24,818 bases of DNA from Candidatus Izemoplasmatales bacterium (GCA_050177605.1 JBFXGX010000009.1:1-24818), one strand, 5' to 3'; positions 8,044-17,770 are shown, counted from the stretch's first letter. The notes: generated from the letters alone by a model not told the origin. Numbers and translations: made by a program.

Positions 8044-8931
8044 TTATTCCTCCATTAAGAATTCGGATAATTTATCTTTTCGCAATTGTTTATATTGCAT
8101 AATCCGTTTAATGATTGAAACCAATAATAAGATTAGAACATTTATGCCTACAATTGAAGCTCCGCTCGGAATCATAAATGAGTAAGACATCCATAAACCG
8201 AAAAATACACTTAACTCTGAAAATACAATACCAATAATTGTTGTAGAACGATAACTCCAACCCACTTTCATTGCGGCCGCAATCGGAATAATCATCATTG
8301 AAGAGATGAGAAGAACGCCAACTGCTTCTAACAAAACACTGACCACAACACTTAGCATAATCATAAATAGGATTTGGAATAGATTTACATTCACACCGAG
8401 AAGTTTTGCATTGTTTTCTTCAAAACTAACAGAAAGAATTTGTTTCCCAAAAAGTAAAAATAATGTGAACACAAGTATAGCTGTGAGCAATATCATAAAT
8501 ACATTATTATAGTCAATTGTTAAGATTGATCCAAATAGATAGTTATATAAAGAACCAGTTTTCTTCGCTAAACTAAAGAAAGTGGCACTTAATGCAGCGC
8601 CTAAAGAAATGACAATGACCATTGAAATTTCCTTATAGTTTTTATATGATCGTCGGAATAGTTCAACGAGTAATCCACCTACCACAGAAAACAAGATACC
8701 TAAATAGAGAGGATTTTCAAAAAACAATGAGAAACCGATGGTGGATAAGAAAAGAGATACTGAAATACCAACCAATGAGAAATGCCCTAGAGTATCCGCA
8801 ATAAAGGACAATCTCCTAATAACAACAATGGATCCAATCACAGGTGCTAACATCCCAAGGATAATTCCAGCGACTAAAGCGCGTTGCATAAAATCTTGTT
8901 CTAAAAGATCGGTAAAAAACGATAAATACAT
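8044..8931 (-). CDS. znuB: Zn/Mn ABC transporter permease (ZnuB-like)
   Basis: FMQRALVAG, RRLSFIADTLGH, YLFGSIL, VGVLLISSMMIIP, PSGASIV: ABC-3 family motifs; metal specificity not determinable. Confidence 0.85.
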   Translation of the reverse strand: MYLSFFTDLLEQDFMQRALVAGIILGMLAPVIGSIVVIRRLSFIADTLGHFSLVGISVSLFLSTIGFSLFFENPLYLGILFSVVGGLLVELFRRSYKNYKEISMVIVISLGAALSATFFSLAKKTGSLYNYLFGSILTIDYNNVFMILLTAILVFTLFLLFGKQILSVSFEENNAKLLGVNVNLFQILFMIMLSVVVSVLLEAVGVLLISSMMIIPIAAAMKVGWSYRSTTIIGIVFSELSVFFGLWMSYSFMIPSGASIVGINVLILLLVSIIKRIMQYKQLRKDKLSEFLMEE

Positions 8932-8932
8932 C

Positions 8933-9604
8933 TTATTTCACCTCTCCCGCATTTAAGAAACGTTCTCTCGTTAAAAAACTGAAAGATTGATCAGAAAAAA
9001 GTGTTAATACATGTGAGTAATGAATCGGTTCTAAATTATCATGATGTGTTACTAAAATGATTGTAACGCCTTGTTCATTGAGATGATTCACTGCTTTATA
9101 AAAGAAGTCAGTCGATAATTTATCAACGGACGCCGTTGGTTCATCAAGGATAAGTAACTTTGGATCGTTTATCATACTTTTCACGATAAATGTTCTTTGA
9201 AGTTCGCCCCCCGATAAATTATTGATGTTTTGATTTAGAAGCTCTAATATTCCAAGTTGGTCAAGTAATCGAAGCCGGTGTTGCTGGTTTGTTTTTCTTA
9301 GACTAGAAATGGATAAGAATTCATTGACGGATAAAGGATATTCATAGTTAAATTCTTCAAACTTTTGACTAACATATCCGATTGATGTCCAATCTTTAAA
9401 GTTGACGACATCTTGATGATCAAAGAATATCATCCCGCTTTTAACACTATTAAAGCCGAGCATACACTTGACTAGTGTCGATTTTCCTGAACCATTTTTC
9501 CCTCTTACAACCAAATAATCTCCCCTTGTTATACTGAAAGAGAGATTATGTAATACTTTTTTATATCCATAGGAATACGTAAGATTATGAATATCAATTT
9601 GCAT
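8933..9604 (-). CDS. znuC: Zn/Mn ABC transporter ATP-binding protein (ZnuC-like)
   Basis: GKNGSGKS, IGYVSQ, LSGGELQR, LDEPTASVD, VTH. Confidence 0.85.
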   Translation of the reverse strand: MQIDIHNLTYSYGYKKVLHNLSFSITRGDYLVVRGKNGSGKSTLVKCMLGFNSVKSGMIFFDHQDVVNFKDWTSIGYVSQKFEEFNYEYPLSVNEFLSISSLRKTNQQHRLRLLDQLGILELLNQNINNLSGGELQRTFIVKSMINDPKLLILDEPTASVDKLSTDFFYKAVNHLNEQGVTIILVTHHDNLEPIHYSHVLTLFSDQSFSFLTRERFLNAGEVK

Positions 9605-9627
9605 ATCATCACCATGCCTTCTTTATT

Positions 9628-9636
9628 ATTGTATCA
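9628..9636 (-). promoter_or_regulatory. putative extended -10 for the metal ABC operon
   Basis: minus strand TG-A-TACAAT. Confidence 0.4.
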
Positions 9637-9714
9637 TAATGAGAGACTTAGTTAAAATAAGATATTTTAAATTTAAGCATTTTATGAGATAATAGTAAGG
9701 AAGTAGGTGAAACT

Positions 9715-10344
9715 GTGAACGGATATTTTATTTCATTTGAAGGAACAGAAGGTTCTGGTAAAACTTCAGTCATTCAAGCTGTCAAAGCTTATTTTGAAGA
9801 AAAACATGTACCTTTACTCATTACAAGAGAACCAGGTGGAATTCGTATTTCTGAAAAAATCAGAGATATTTTATTAGATAAAGAACATACAGAGATGGAT
9901 GCTCGTACGGAAGCATTGTTGTTTGCGGCTTCACGTCGTCAACATTTAGTCGAGAAAATTCGTCCTGCATTAAATGAAGGAAAACTCATCCTTTGTGACA
10001 GGTTTGTCGATAGTTCTTTAGTTTATCAAGGCATTGCTAGAAATCTTGGGATTGACCTAGTCTATGAAATCAATCGTTTTGCGATTGAAGATACACTCCC
10101 CGATTTAACCATCTTTATCGATGTACATCCAGAAATTGGGTTAAAGCGTGTGTTTTCTACCAAATCAAGAGAAGTGAATCGACTTGATTTAGAAAAACTT
10201 GATTTTCATAATATGATTTATCGTGGTTATTTAGATTTAATAACTAAATTTCCGGATCGAATCAAAAGAGTTAATGGAGAACGTCCGCTTGAAGAAGTAA
10301 CAGATGAAGTTATTTCTTTAATCGAAAGTCTTTTAAAGGGGTGA
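9715..10344 (+). CDS. tmk: thymidylate kinase
   Basis: FISFEGTEGSGKT, TREPGG, EALLFAASRRQHL, CDRFVDSSLVYQG; GTG start with SD AGGTG. Confidence 0.95.
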   Translation: MNGYFISFEGTEGSGKTSVIQAVKAYFEEKHVPLLITREPGGIRISEKIRDILLDKEHTEMDARTEALLFAASRRQHLVEKIRPALNEGKLILCDRFVDSSLVYQGIARNLGIDLVYEINRFAIEDTLPDLTIFIDVHPEIGLKRVFSTKSREVNRLDLEKLDFHNMIYRGYLDLITKFPDRIKRVNGERPLEEVTDEVISLIESLLKG

Positions 10345-10348
10345 TGTT

Positions 10349-11383
10349 ATGCCCGCGATGAACTGGAAAACACTTCACGAATACCAACCATTAGTCGAAA
10401 GAACATTAAAGAATAGTATTCGATTAAACCGATTGTCTCATTCCTACATCTTTGAAGGAATGAAAGGAACCAAACGTTATGATAGTGCTTTGTTATTCTC
10501 GAAAACATTACTATGTGAACATTTGGACGAGGAGTTAAATCCTTGTGAAAAATGTCATCAATGTGAACGTATCAACAAAGACGCTCATCCAAACGTTTTT
10601 ATTATTCGTCGTGATGGTGAAAAAATAAAGAAAAAACAAATGAAAGACTTAATCAATGAATTCAGTCGGAGTTCAGTCGAAAAAGGACCGAGAATTTATA
10701 TTATTGATGAAGCTGAAAGACTGAATCCAGAAAGTTCTAATGCATTGCTTAAAACCATGGAAGAACCAGGACAAGATATCTATCAAGTTTTGGTGACAGA
10801 TCAAATGAATTCACTGTTAAAGACGATTGTCTCTAGGGCACAAGTGATTCATTTTCGTCCAATTGATCAAAAATTGATCAAGAAAGATTTACTAGATAAG
10901 AATACAGACACATTAATTGCTGATGCGATTACGGAGTATACTTATAATTATGATGAGGCAGAAACGCTTGCGAAAAGTGAAGTTATCAAAGAAATCATCT
11001 TCTTCACAAAAGAAATGTACAAGAGCCTCGAAAAGAAAAGTGGGTCGATTATTTTATCTTTTAAGGATAAAAAAGATAAGTTTTTGTCGAACTATGATTT
11101 AGCAGATTTTACTATTTCAATGTTTATTCTGTTTCAAAAAGATATATTAAATTACAAATTACGACATCTCGAAAACATTGTATTTGAAGAAGAAAAATCA
11201 ATGTTTAAAGAATTATCTTCAAGAATGTCAGGCACATGGATTGAAGATACCCTAACCCAGATGTTAGAATTAAAACAAAGACTTAAGTTTAATATCAATA
11301 CTTCCCTTGCTTTTGATAAACTACTTTTGTCGTTAGAGAGAGGTTTTTACTATGGCGTATCAAGTCGCACAGATTCAATTTAA
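10349..11383 (+). CDS. holB: DNA polymerase III subunit delta'
   Basis: HSYIFEG, Zn module C..(PCEKCHQC), IIDEAE, NALLKTMEEP, TIVSR; position after tmk. Confidence 0.9.
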   Translation: MPAMNWKTLHEYQPLVERTLKNSIRLNRLSHSYIFEGMKGTKRYDSALLFSKTLLCEHLDEELNPCEKCHQCERINKDAHPNVFIIRRDGEKIKKKQMKDLINEFSRSSVEKGPRIYIIDEAERLNPESSNALLKTMEEPGQDIYQVLVTDQMNSLLKTIVSRAQVIHFRPIDQKLIKKDLLDKNTDTLIADAITEYTYNYDEAETLAKSEVIKEIIFFTKEMYKSLEKKSGSIILSFKDKKDKFLSNYDLADFTISMFILFQKDILNYKLRHLENIVFEEEKSMFKELSSRMSGTWIEDTLTQMLELKQRLKFNINTSLAFDKLLLSLERGFYYGVSSRTDSI

Positions 11384-12212
11384 TAAGTTAGGAAAGAAAT
11401 ATTACTTCGATTACAATCATCTACCAGTGAAAATGGGAGATCAGGTCGTTGTTGAAACGGTGAGAGGAATCGAAATGGGGTTTGTCGCTTCAAATCTTCT
11501 TGAAATCGAAGAATCAGAACTCGTATCTCCTTTGAAACCAATACTGCGTATTGCGACAGAAGAAGATAAACAAGCTTATATCGAGAATAAAGAAAATGAG
11601 AAAAAAGTTCTGGCAAGAACTTCATATTTAGTCAAGAAAAACCAACTTGATATGAAACTTTTGAACTGTGAATTTACTTTAGATAAATCAAAACTCATTA
11701 TCTATTTTAACTCGGATGGTAGAGTTGATTTTAGAGAATTAGTGAAAGATTTAGCAACAGAGTTTCACCTTCGTATAGAACTTCGTCAAGTTGGCGCAAG
11801 AGATGGCGCAAAAGTTCTCGGCGGTATTGGACCTTGTGGATACTTAACCTGTTGTACAAGCTTCTTAGGAGAGTTCCAACCTGTTTCAATTAAAATGGCG
11901 AAAAACCAAAATCTAAGTTTAAACCCATCCAATATCTCAGGTTTATGCGGGAAGCTTCTTTGTTGTATTAATTATGAAGATGAAGCCTATAAACAATATC
12001 GTAAAGAAATGCCTAAACTCGACTCCTTTGTTTCTACGAGTGATGGAAGAGGTAAGGTTGGTCAAGTCAACTTCTTAACTCAAATTGTTCGTGTTGATTT
12101 TGAGAATGGTGGTTCTGAATATTTCCATGTCTCTGAAATTAAGTTTAAACAAAGAGCGACAGAAGAAGACTTAAACGGTAATGGTCAAGATTTAAAAGAT
12201 CTAGAAGGGTAA
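11352..12212 (+). CDS. ricT: PSP1-domain protein RicT/YaaT
   Basis: GRVDFRELVKDLA, RIELRQVGARD, GPCG..CC, SIKMAKNQNLSLNP, SGLCGKLLCC. Confidence 0.9.
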   Translation: MAYQVAQIQFNKLGKKYYFDYNHLPVKMGDQVVVETVRGIEMGFVASNLLEIEESELVSPLKPILRIATEEDKQAYIENKENEKKVLARTSYLVKKNQLDMKLLNCEFTLDKSKLIIYFNSDGRVDFRELVKDLATEFHLRIELRQVGARDGAKVLGGIGPCGYLTCCTSFLGEFQPVSIKMAKNQNLSLNPSNISGLCGKLLCCINYEDEAYKQYRKEMPKLDSFVSTSDGRGKVGQVNFLTQIVRVDFENGGSEYFHVSEIKFKQRATEEDLNGNGQDLKDLEG

Positions 12213-12214
12213 TC

Positions 12215-12949
12215 ATGGAAAAAGAGTTACATGATTTATTTGGCATAGGAAATATCAAAATCTATCAAGATAAAAAGAATCTATCTTTTTCAATTGATAG
12301 TATTTTGCTTGCAAGTTTTGTGAAAGTTCAACCTCGCACGAAGAATATCATTGACTTTGGGACTGGCTTTGGTCCCATTCCTTTATTTTTATCGACCAAG
12401 ACAAAAGCACATATAATTGGGATTGATTTGAACCAAGAAGCATTGACGCTTGCTAAAGAATCTGTGATTTATAATCGTCTTGAGAATCAAATTGATATGG
12501 TATATCAAGACGCAAGAAGCGTCCACCTTGAGGAAAGATTTAAAGACGTGGACATTGTTGTCTGTAATCCACCTTTCTTTAAGGTTAGTGATAGTAAGGT
12601 TCAAAATAGTGAAAAAGCTAAGACTGATGCTAGACATGAGACAACCCTTACTTTAGAGGATATGATTATTTCAGCGAAAAGAATTTTGACAACGGGTGGT
12701 TCTCTTACTTTTATTCACCGAACAGATCGCCTAGAAGAAATTATTTTATTACTGAATAAACACAGATTTCATATCAAACGAATGTGTTATATCTATCCAA
12801 AACCAAACAAAAAGTCATTGATGGTTTTAATCGATGCTCGGCATAATAGTAGTCTGGGAAGTTTAGAATTGTTAGAACCAATCTATATTATGGATGATTT
12901 TGGAAACTATACAGAACAAGTAAAACAAGTCTTTTATCAGGAGGGGTAA
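12215..12949 (+). CDS. tRNA1(Val) (adenine(37)-N6)-methyltransferase, YabB-like
   Basis: FSIDSILL, DFGTGFG SAM motif, NPPF, ARHE; conserved position before rsmI. Confidence 0.85.
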   Translation: MEKELHDLFGIGNIKIYQDKKNLSFSIDSILLASFVKVQPRTKNIIDFGTGFGPIPLFLSTKTKAHIIGIDLNQEALTLAKESVIYNRLENQIDMVYQDARSVHLEERFKDVDIVVCNPPFFKVSDSKVQNSEKAKTDARHETTLTLEDMIISAKRILTTGGSLTFIHRTDRLEEIILLLNKHRFHIKRMCYIYPKPNKKSLMVLIDARHNSSLGSLELLEPIYIMDDFGNYTEQVKQVFYQEG

Positions 12950-12952
12950 CTT

Positions 12953-13804
12953 ATGTACCGAGAAAAAAGTTTTGCAAATGATTTACCTCATCTTGTATTT
13001 GTGCCAACACCGATTGGTAATCTAGAAGATATGACATTTCGTGCGATTAAAGAATTGAAAAATGCAGATGTCATCTTTGCAGAAGATACGCGAGTCACAA
13101 AGAAACTACTAGATCACTTTGAAATTGTGAAACCTTTAAGAAGTTTCCATGAGCATAATAAGGCCGCTAGTACCGAAGAGGTCTTATCTCATCTTCGAAA
13201 TAATGAAGTTGTTGCTTTAGTGAGCGACGCTGGTATGCCCATCATCAGTGATCCTGGTTTTGAACTGACAGAGGCTGTTCGAAGCGAAGGGTTTATCGTC
13301 TATGCTTTACCTGGATCAAATGCATTGCTGACTGCGTTAGTAACTTCAGGTATCAGAGCGATTCCTTTTTCTTTTCTTGGATTCCTGGATTCTAAGAAAA
13401 GTAAAAGACTTGAAGAAATAACAAATTTACAATACAAAACAGAAACACTGATTTTTTACGAAGCACCGCATCGAATTGAGGAAGTTCTTGAAGATTTTTA
13501 CGCGGTCTTTGGTTCTAGAAAAGCATGTATTGCAAGAGAATTAACCAAATTACATGAAGAGATTATTGTTGGAGACTTAAGTGAACTTCAACACCTAGAG
13601 AACATCAAAGGCGAAATTGTGCTTATCATCGAAGGATATTCAACCTCAGATGTCACAACGAATTTATCGATTGTCGAACAAGTCGATTTATTCATCGAAG
13701 AGGGCTATAAGAAAACCGAAGCAATGAAGAAAGTCAGCGTTTTAACAGGAATTCCTAAAAATAAAATCTATCAAGAATATTTAGATAATCAAGAGAAAAA
13801 ATGA
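12953..13804 (+). CDS. rsmI: 16S rRNA (cytidine(1402)-2'-O)-methyltransferase
   Basis: PTPIGNLEDMTFRA, AEDTR, VSDAGMPIISDPG, FYEAPHR, ARELTKLHEE. Confidence 0.95.
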   Translation: MYREKSFANDLPHLVFVPTPIGNLEDMTFRAIKELKNADVIFAEDTRVTKKLLDHFEIVKPLRSFHEHNKAASTEEVLSHLRNNEVVALVSDAGMPIISDPGFELTEAVRSEGFIVYALPGSNALLTALVTSGIRAIPFSFLGFLDSKKSKRLEEITNLQYKTETLIFYEAPHRIEEVLEDFYAVFGSRKACIARELTKLHEEIIVGDLSELQHLENIKGEIVLIIEGYSTSDVTTNLSIVEQVDLFIEEGYKKTEAMKKVSVLTGIPKNKIYQEYLDNQEKK

Positions 13805-13810
13805 TATAAT
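13782..13810 (+). promoter_or_regulatory. promoter for DJ-1-metG-yitT overlapping the rsmI stop codon
   Basis: TAGATA (13782-13787), 17 bp, TG-A-TATAAT (13802-13810). Confidence 0.55.
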
Positions 13811-13839
13811 ATATTTAGCATTTTTGAAGGAGTGAAATA

Positions 13840-14388
13840 ATGAAATTAGCCTGTCTATTATCCGATGGTTTTGAAGATATCGAAGCGATTGGAACGATTG
13901 CACTTCTAAGACGAAGTGGTATTGAATGCACGATTATTAGCGCTTTTAATAAGAAAACGATCATGGGTTCTTACAAGACTGAAGTCACGGCCGATTTGAT
14001 GATGAAAAAAATGAATCCTGATGAATATGACGGATTATTTATTCCTGGGGGAAGGCATGCGGCCATTCTTCGAGATGAAGAGTTTGTCCTTGACTTAGTA
14101 AAAGAATTTTATCAAAAAGATAAATGGATGTTCGCAATTTGCGCAGCACCATCCATCTTTGGTAAAGCAGGAATCTTGGATAACAAAAAATACATTAGTT
14201 TTCCTTCTTTAGAAAGTTTTATGCCTCGTGCGATTCGCACCAAAGAAAAAGCAGTGAGAGATGGTAAAATAATTACTGCAGCTGGGGCAGGAGCCGTTTA
14301 TGATTTTGCGTTCTTAATCATTGAAACGATTTTTGGAAAAGACGCAAGACAAGAAACAGAAAAAAGAACACAATACGTGCTTAATTAG
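13840..14388 (+). CDS. DJ-1/PfpI (YajL/ThiJ-like) family protein
   Basis: DGFEDIE, LFIPGG, AICAAP nucleophile elbow, DGKIITA.GAG. Confidence 0.9.
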   Translation: MKLACLLSDGFEDIEAIGTIALLRRSGIECTIISAFNKKTIMGSYKTEVTADLMMKKMNPDEYDGLFIPGGRHAAILRDEEFVLDLVKEFYQKDKWMFAICAAPSIFGKAGILDNKKYISFPSLESFMPRAIRTKEKAVRDGKIITAAGAGAVYDFAFLIIETIFGKDARQETEKRTQYVLN

Positions 14389-14398
14389 TGAGGTCCTT

Positions 14399-16339
14399 AT
14401 GAAAAAAACATTTTATATTACAACACCTATTTATTATCCAAGCGGGAAGTTCCATATTGGATCTGCGTATACCACTTGTTTATGTGATACTTTGACAAGA
14501 TACAAACAAGAACAAGGATATGATACGAGGTTTTTAACTGGAACAGATGAACATGGATTAAAAATCCAAGAAGCTGCAAAAGCGCTTGGCAAAAGTCCTC
14601 AAGAGCATGTGGATTATATTGCTGGACTAGCGCAAGACTTATGGAAAAAATTAGCCATCGAAAATGATGACTTTATTCGTACGACAGAACAACGTCATGA
14701 AGCCGTTGTTGAAGACATCTTTGAAAAGTTGCTTTCTCAAGATGATATTTATTTAGGAGAATATTCCGGAAACTACTGTATGCAATGTGAGGCGTATTTT
14801 ACGCCAACACAACTTGTTGAGGGGCATTTATGTCCTGACTGCGGAAGAGAAACAGTCATCGTCAAAGAGCAAACTTATTTCTTGAGATTATCTAAATATG
14901 AACAACAACTTCTTGATTTCATCGAACAAAATCCTGACTTTATTACACCTGAAACGAGAAAAAATGAAGTTGTTCAGTTTGTCAAAACTGGACTTCAAGA
15001 CTTGAGCGTTTCACGGACTGCTTTTGATTGGGGAATCAAAGTTAAGAGTAATCCAAAACACGTTATTTATGTTTGGGTAGATGCCTTAAGTAACTATATT
15101 ACTGCTTTAGGTTATGATTCAAAGGATGAATCTTTATATCAAAAATATTGGGTGAACGGGGATGAAGTTGTTCACGTTGTTGGAAAAGATATTTTAAGAT
15201 TCCATGCAGTATACTGGCCAATTATGTTGATGGCATTAAATGTACCAATCAAGTTTAAATTGTTCGCACATGGTTGGTATATGATGAAAGATGGAAAGAT
15301 GTCAAAATCAAAAGGAAATGTCATCTATCCAGAACAATTGACAGATAACTACGGGCTTGATCCATTTAGATATTATATCGTCAAGGAATTACCTTATGGT
15401 AATGACGGACTATTTACACCGGAAGATTATGTATCGAGAATTAATACAGACTTAGTTAATGACTTAGGAAACCTTGTTTCCCGTTCTATTAGCATGGTCA
15501 ATAAATACTTTGGCGGAACGGTTAAAAACGTAAAAACAGATCATCCATACAGTGCTTTCGCTCTAGATTTAGAACAAACAGCAAAGAAAGTATTTGCGGA
15601 TTATTGCACATTGATGGATGAATTTAAAGTAAGCGCAGCGTTATTTGAAGTTTCTCGTTTGGTTGGTAGAACCAACAAAATCATTGATGAAACATCACCT
15701 TGGGACCTTGCAAAAGATCCAAGTTTAAAAGATACATTAGAAATGGTAATGTATCATTTACTCGAAGCGATTCGTTTAGCGACGATTCTTTATAAACCTG
15801 TTTTAATTGAAACACCTGCCAAAATATTTGAAGAACTCGGTGTTGAGCTTGATGTTCAAACCTTTGGTAGTTTTGTTTTTGGTAAAAAGGACACTTATAC
15901 CGTCACAAGTCAACCAATTCACTTATTCCCTCGTCTTGATGTAGAGAAAGAAGTGGAAGCTATTAAAGCGTTAATGAATGCTGGCGTTAAGAAAAAAGAA
16001 GTCATTCAAAAAGAAGAAATTGGGATTGATACTTTTGAACAAATCAATCTACTTGTTGGCCTTGTTAAAAAGGCAAAAGTCCATCCAAATGCGAAGAAGT
16101 TGCTTGTATTTGATATCGATACAGGAGAACGAGTTCGTCAAATCGTGTCAGGAATCGCTGAGTTTTACAAACCAGAAGAGGTTGTAGGTAAAAAAGTCAT
16201 TGTTGTTGCCAATTTGAAACCAGTGAAATTACGTGGAGAACTCTCTGAAGGAATGATTCTTTGTGGTGAAACGGAGAATCATGAATTATATATTATAGAA
16301 CCTAATTCAAAATTAGAGCCAGGAGATAATGTTAGATAG
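14399..16339 (+). CDS. metG: methionine--tRNA ligase with C-terminal tRNA-binding domain
   Basis: FYITTPIYYP, HIGS, GTDEHG, Zn knuckle CxxC..CxxC, YVWVDAL, KMSKS, C-terminal OB domain; start moved to ATG 14399 (SD GAGGT). Confidence 0.96.
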   Translation: MKKTFYITTPIYYPSGKFHIGSAYTTCLCDTLTRYKQEQGYDTRFLTGTDEHGLKIQEAAKALGKSPQEHVDYIAGLAQDLWKKLAIENDDFIRTTEQRHEAVVEDIFEKLLSQDDIYLGEYSGNYCMQCEAYFTPTQLVEGHLCPDCGRETVIVKEQTYFLRLSKYEQQLLDFIEQNPDFITPETRKNEVVQFVKTGLQDLSVSRTAFDWGIKVKSNPKHVIYVWVDALSNYITALGYDSKDESLYQKYWVNGDEVVHVVGKDILRFHAVYWPIMLMALNVPIKFKLFAHGWYMMKDGKMSKSKGNVIYPEQLTDNYGLDPFRYYIVKELPYGNDGLFTPEDYVSRINTDLVNDLGNLVSRSISMVNKYFGGTVKNVKTDHPYSAFALDLEQTAKKVFADYCTLMDEFKVSAALFEVSRLVGRTNKIIDETSPWDLAKDPSLKDTLEMVMYHLLEAIRLATILYKPVLIETPAKIFEELGVELDVQTFGSFVFGKKDTYTVTSQPIHLFPRLDVEKEVEAIKALMNAGVKKKEVIQKEEIGIDTFEQINLLVGLVKKAKVHPNAKKLLVFDIDTGERVRQIVSGIAEFYKPEEVVGKKVIVVANLKPVKLRGELSEGMILCGETENHELYIIEPNSKLEPGDNVR

Positions 16340-16342
16340 TAC

Positions 16343-17215
16343 ATGAAATCAATCAATTGGAAGAAAGAAGGAAAAATCCTCTTTCAAGTCTTTCTAGGTA
16401 CTTTTATCTATGCTGCAGGTATTTTATTTTTCGTCAATCCTGTAGGACTTTACACCGGTGGTGTCACTGGTATTAGCCAGTTAATCATCAATTTTTTAGC
16501 ACTGTCTTCAGATGGTGCAGTTCATATTAATTTAGGTATTTTGGTCTTTATATTCCAAATTCCACTCTTAATCTATGGATGGTATAAACTATCCAAAAGA
16601 TTTATCATTTATACCATTATTTCCTCCATTATCGGATCAGTCATTTTAGCTTTTTCAGTGGATACAAGTATATTAGGAAACGACCTTCTAACCGCAGGTA
16701 TCATTGGTGGTATGTTAGGTGGTATCGGAAATGGTATTCTTGCAAAAGCAGGTACAAGCGGTGGCGGAACATCGATTTTATTTCAATACTGGTCGATTAA
16801 AACAGGAAAATCAATGGGTCTTTATCAAATCCTCCTTCATGGAATTATTATCCTTGTGGCCGGAGTAGTCTTTGGTTTAGACATTGCGATATACACCATT
16901 GTATCTCAACTGATTTCTTCGATTGTGCTCGATAAAGTATTTACAGGATACAATTTCATTAAGATTGAAGTGATTACCACGAAGGGATTAGAAATTGCTT
17001 CTATACTGAAAGAAAGATTACCACACGGAGTAACGATGATCAATGCGATTGGTGCTTATTATTTTCAAGAGAAAACAATCCTATACGCTGTGATATCTGT
17101 TCATGAAATGCAGCAGTATTTAGCCCTTGTAAACGAGGTCGATCCGAATGCTTTTATCGTGATGACACCGGTCCAAAACGTGAAGGGAAAATTCACAAAA
17201 AAGATTATTGATTAG
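16343..17215 (+). CDS. YitT family membrane protein
   Basis: LYTGGVTGI, GTSGGGT, C-terminal soluble domain (HGVT...GAY...VDPNAFI). Confidence 0.85.
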   Translation: MKSINWKKEGKILFQVFLGTFIYAAGILFFVNPVGLYTGGVTGISQLIINFLALSSDGAVHINLGILVFIFQIPLLIYGWYKLSKRFIIYTIISSIIGSVILAFSVDTSILGNDLLTAGIIGGMLGGIGNGILAKAGTSGGGTSILFQYWSIKTGKSMGLYQILLHGIIILVAGVVFGLDIAIYTIVSQLISSIVLDKVFTGYNFIKIEVITTKGLEIASILKERLPHGVTMINAIGAYYFQEKTILYAVISVHEMQQYLALVNEVDPNAFIVMTPVQNVKGKFTKKIID

Positions 17216-17227
17216 AATAAATTCTAT

Positions 17228-17256
17228 TTGACTAAATAAGGCGTTAGTGGTATTAT
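17228..17256 (+). promoter_or_regulatory. rplM-rpsI promoter
   Basis: TTGACT (17228-17233), 17 bp, TG-G-TATTAT (17248-17256). Confidence 0.78.
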
Positions 17257-17263
17257 ATAAAAG

Positions 17264-17310
17264 GTACATTTTTTGTTTTATAGCCCACAAGCTCTTTAAA
17301 AAACACTTTA
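17264..17310 (+). promoter_or_regulatory. possible L13 leader (ribosomal protein autoregulatory hairpin)
   Basis: 5' UTR hairpin TTTTA-TAGC-ccacaa-GCT-..-TAAAA with an AGCCC core just upstream of SD AGGAGG. Confidence 0.35.
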
Positions 17311-17323
17311 AGGAGGAAACAAA

Positions 17324-17758
17324 ATGAAAACTTACATGGCAAACGAAAACACAATCGAACGCGAATGGTTCGTTGTGGATGCCTCTGGAAAAAGATTAGG
17401 ACGTTTAGCAACAGAAGTCGCTTCCGTTTTAAGAGGAAAACATAAACCTACATTTACACCTCATGTGGATTGTGGAGATTATGTTATCGTTATTAACGCA
17501 GGAGAAATCGAACTTACAGGAAACAAATGGAATGATAAATTATATCATACACATTCAAATTTCCCTGGTGGTTTAAAGACAAAAACTGCAAAAGTCTTAA
17601 TGCAAGAAAAGCCAATCAGAATGGTTGAATTAGCGATCAAAGGGATGTTACCAAAAGGAAAATTAGGAAATCAAATGTACAAAAAATTATTCGTTTACCC
17701 AGGAGCTGAACACAAACATAGTGCTCAACAACCTAAGGTAATGGAATTAAAAGGTTAG
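17324..17758 (+). CDS. rplM: 50S ribosomal protein L13
   Basis: [35 protein letters not shown]. Confidence 0.98.
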   Translation: MKTYMANENTIEREWFVVDASGKRLGRLATEVASVLRGKHKPTFTPHVDCGDYVIVINAGEIELTGNKWNDKLYHTHSNFPGGLKTKTAKVLMQEKPIRMVELAIKGMLPKGKLGNQMYKKLFVYPGAEHKHSAQQPKVMELKG

Positions 17759-17770
17759 GAGGATACAAAA

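Noticed and set aside
9605..9714. Possible Zur/Fur box upstream of the metal ABC operon (ATTAT-N6-ATAAT)
   Set aside because: Too short and AT-rich to distinguish from background; does not match the Zur consensus
8306..12637. Short alternative-frame or antisense ORFs in znuB, holB, ricT and the methyltransferase
   Set aside because: Expected chance ORFs; no motif support
14321..14398. Long N-terminal extension of MetRS from the ORF track (similarly ORF starts 54, 903, 1676, 3471, 7128, 22255)
   Set aside because: Downstream ATGs have proper SD spacing and match family N-termini; the upstream starts overlap promoters, SDs or other genes
14450..14466. HIGS instead of HIGH in MetRS
   Set aside because: A known natural variant in Gram-positive MetRS; the other motifs are intact
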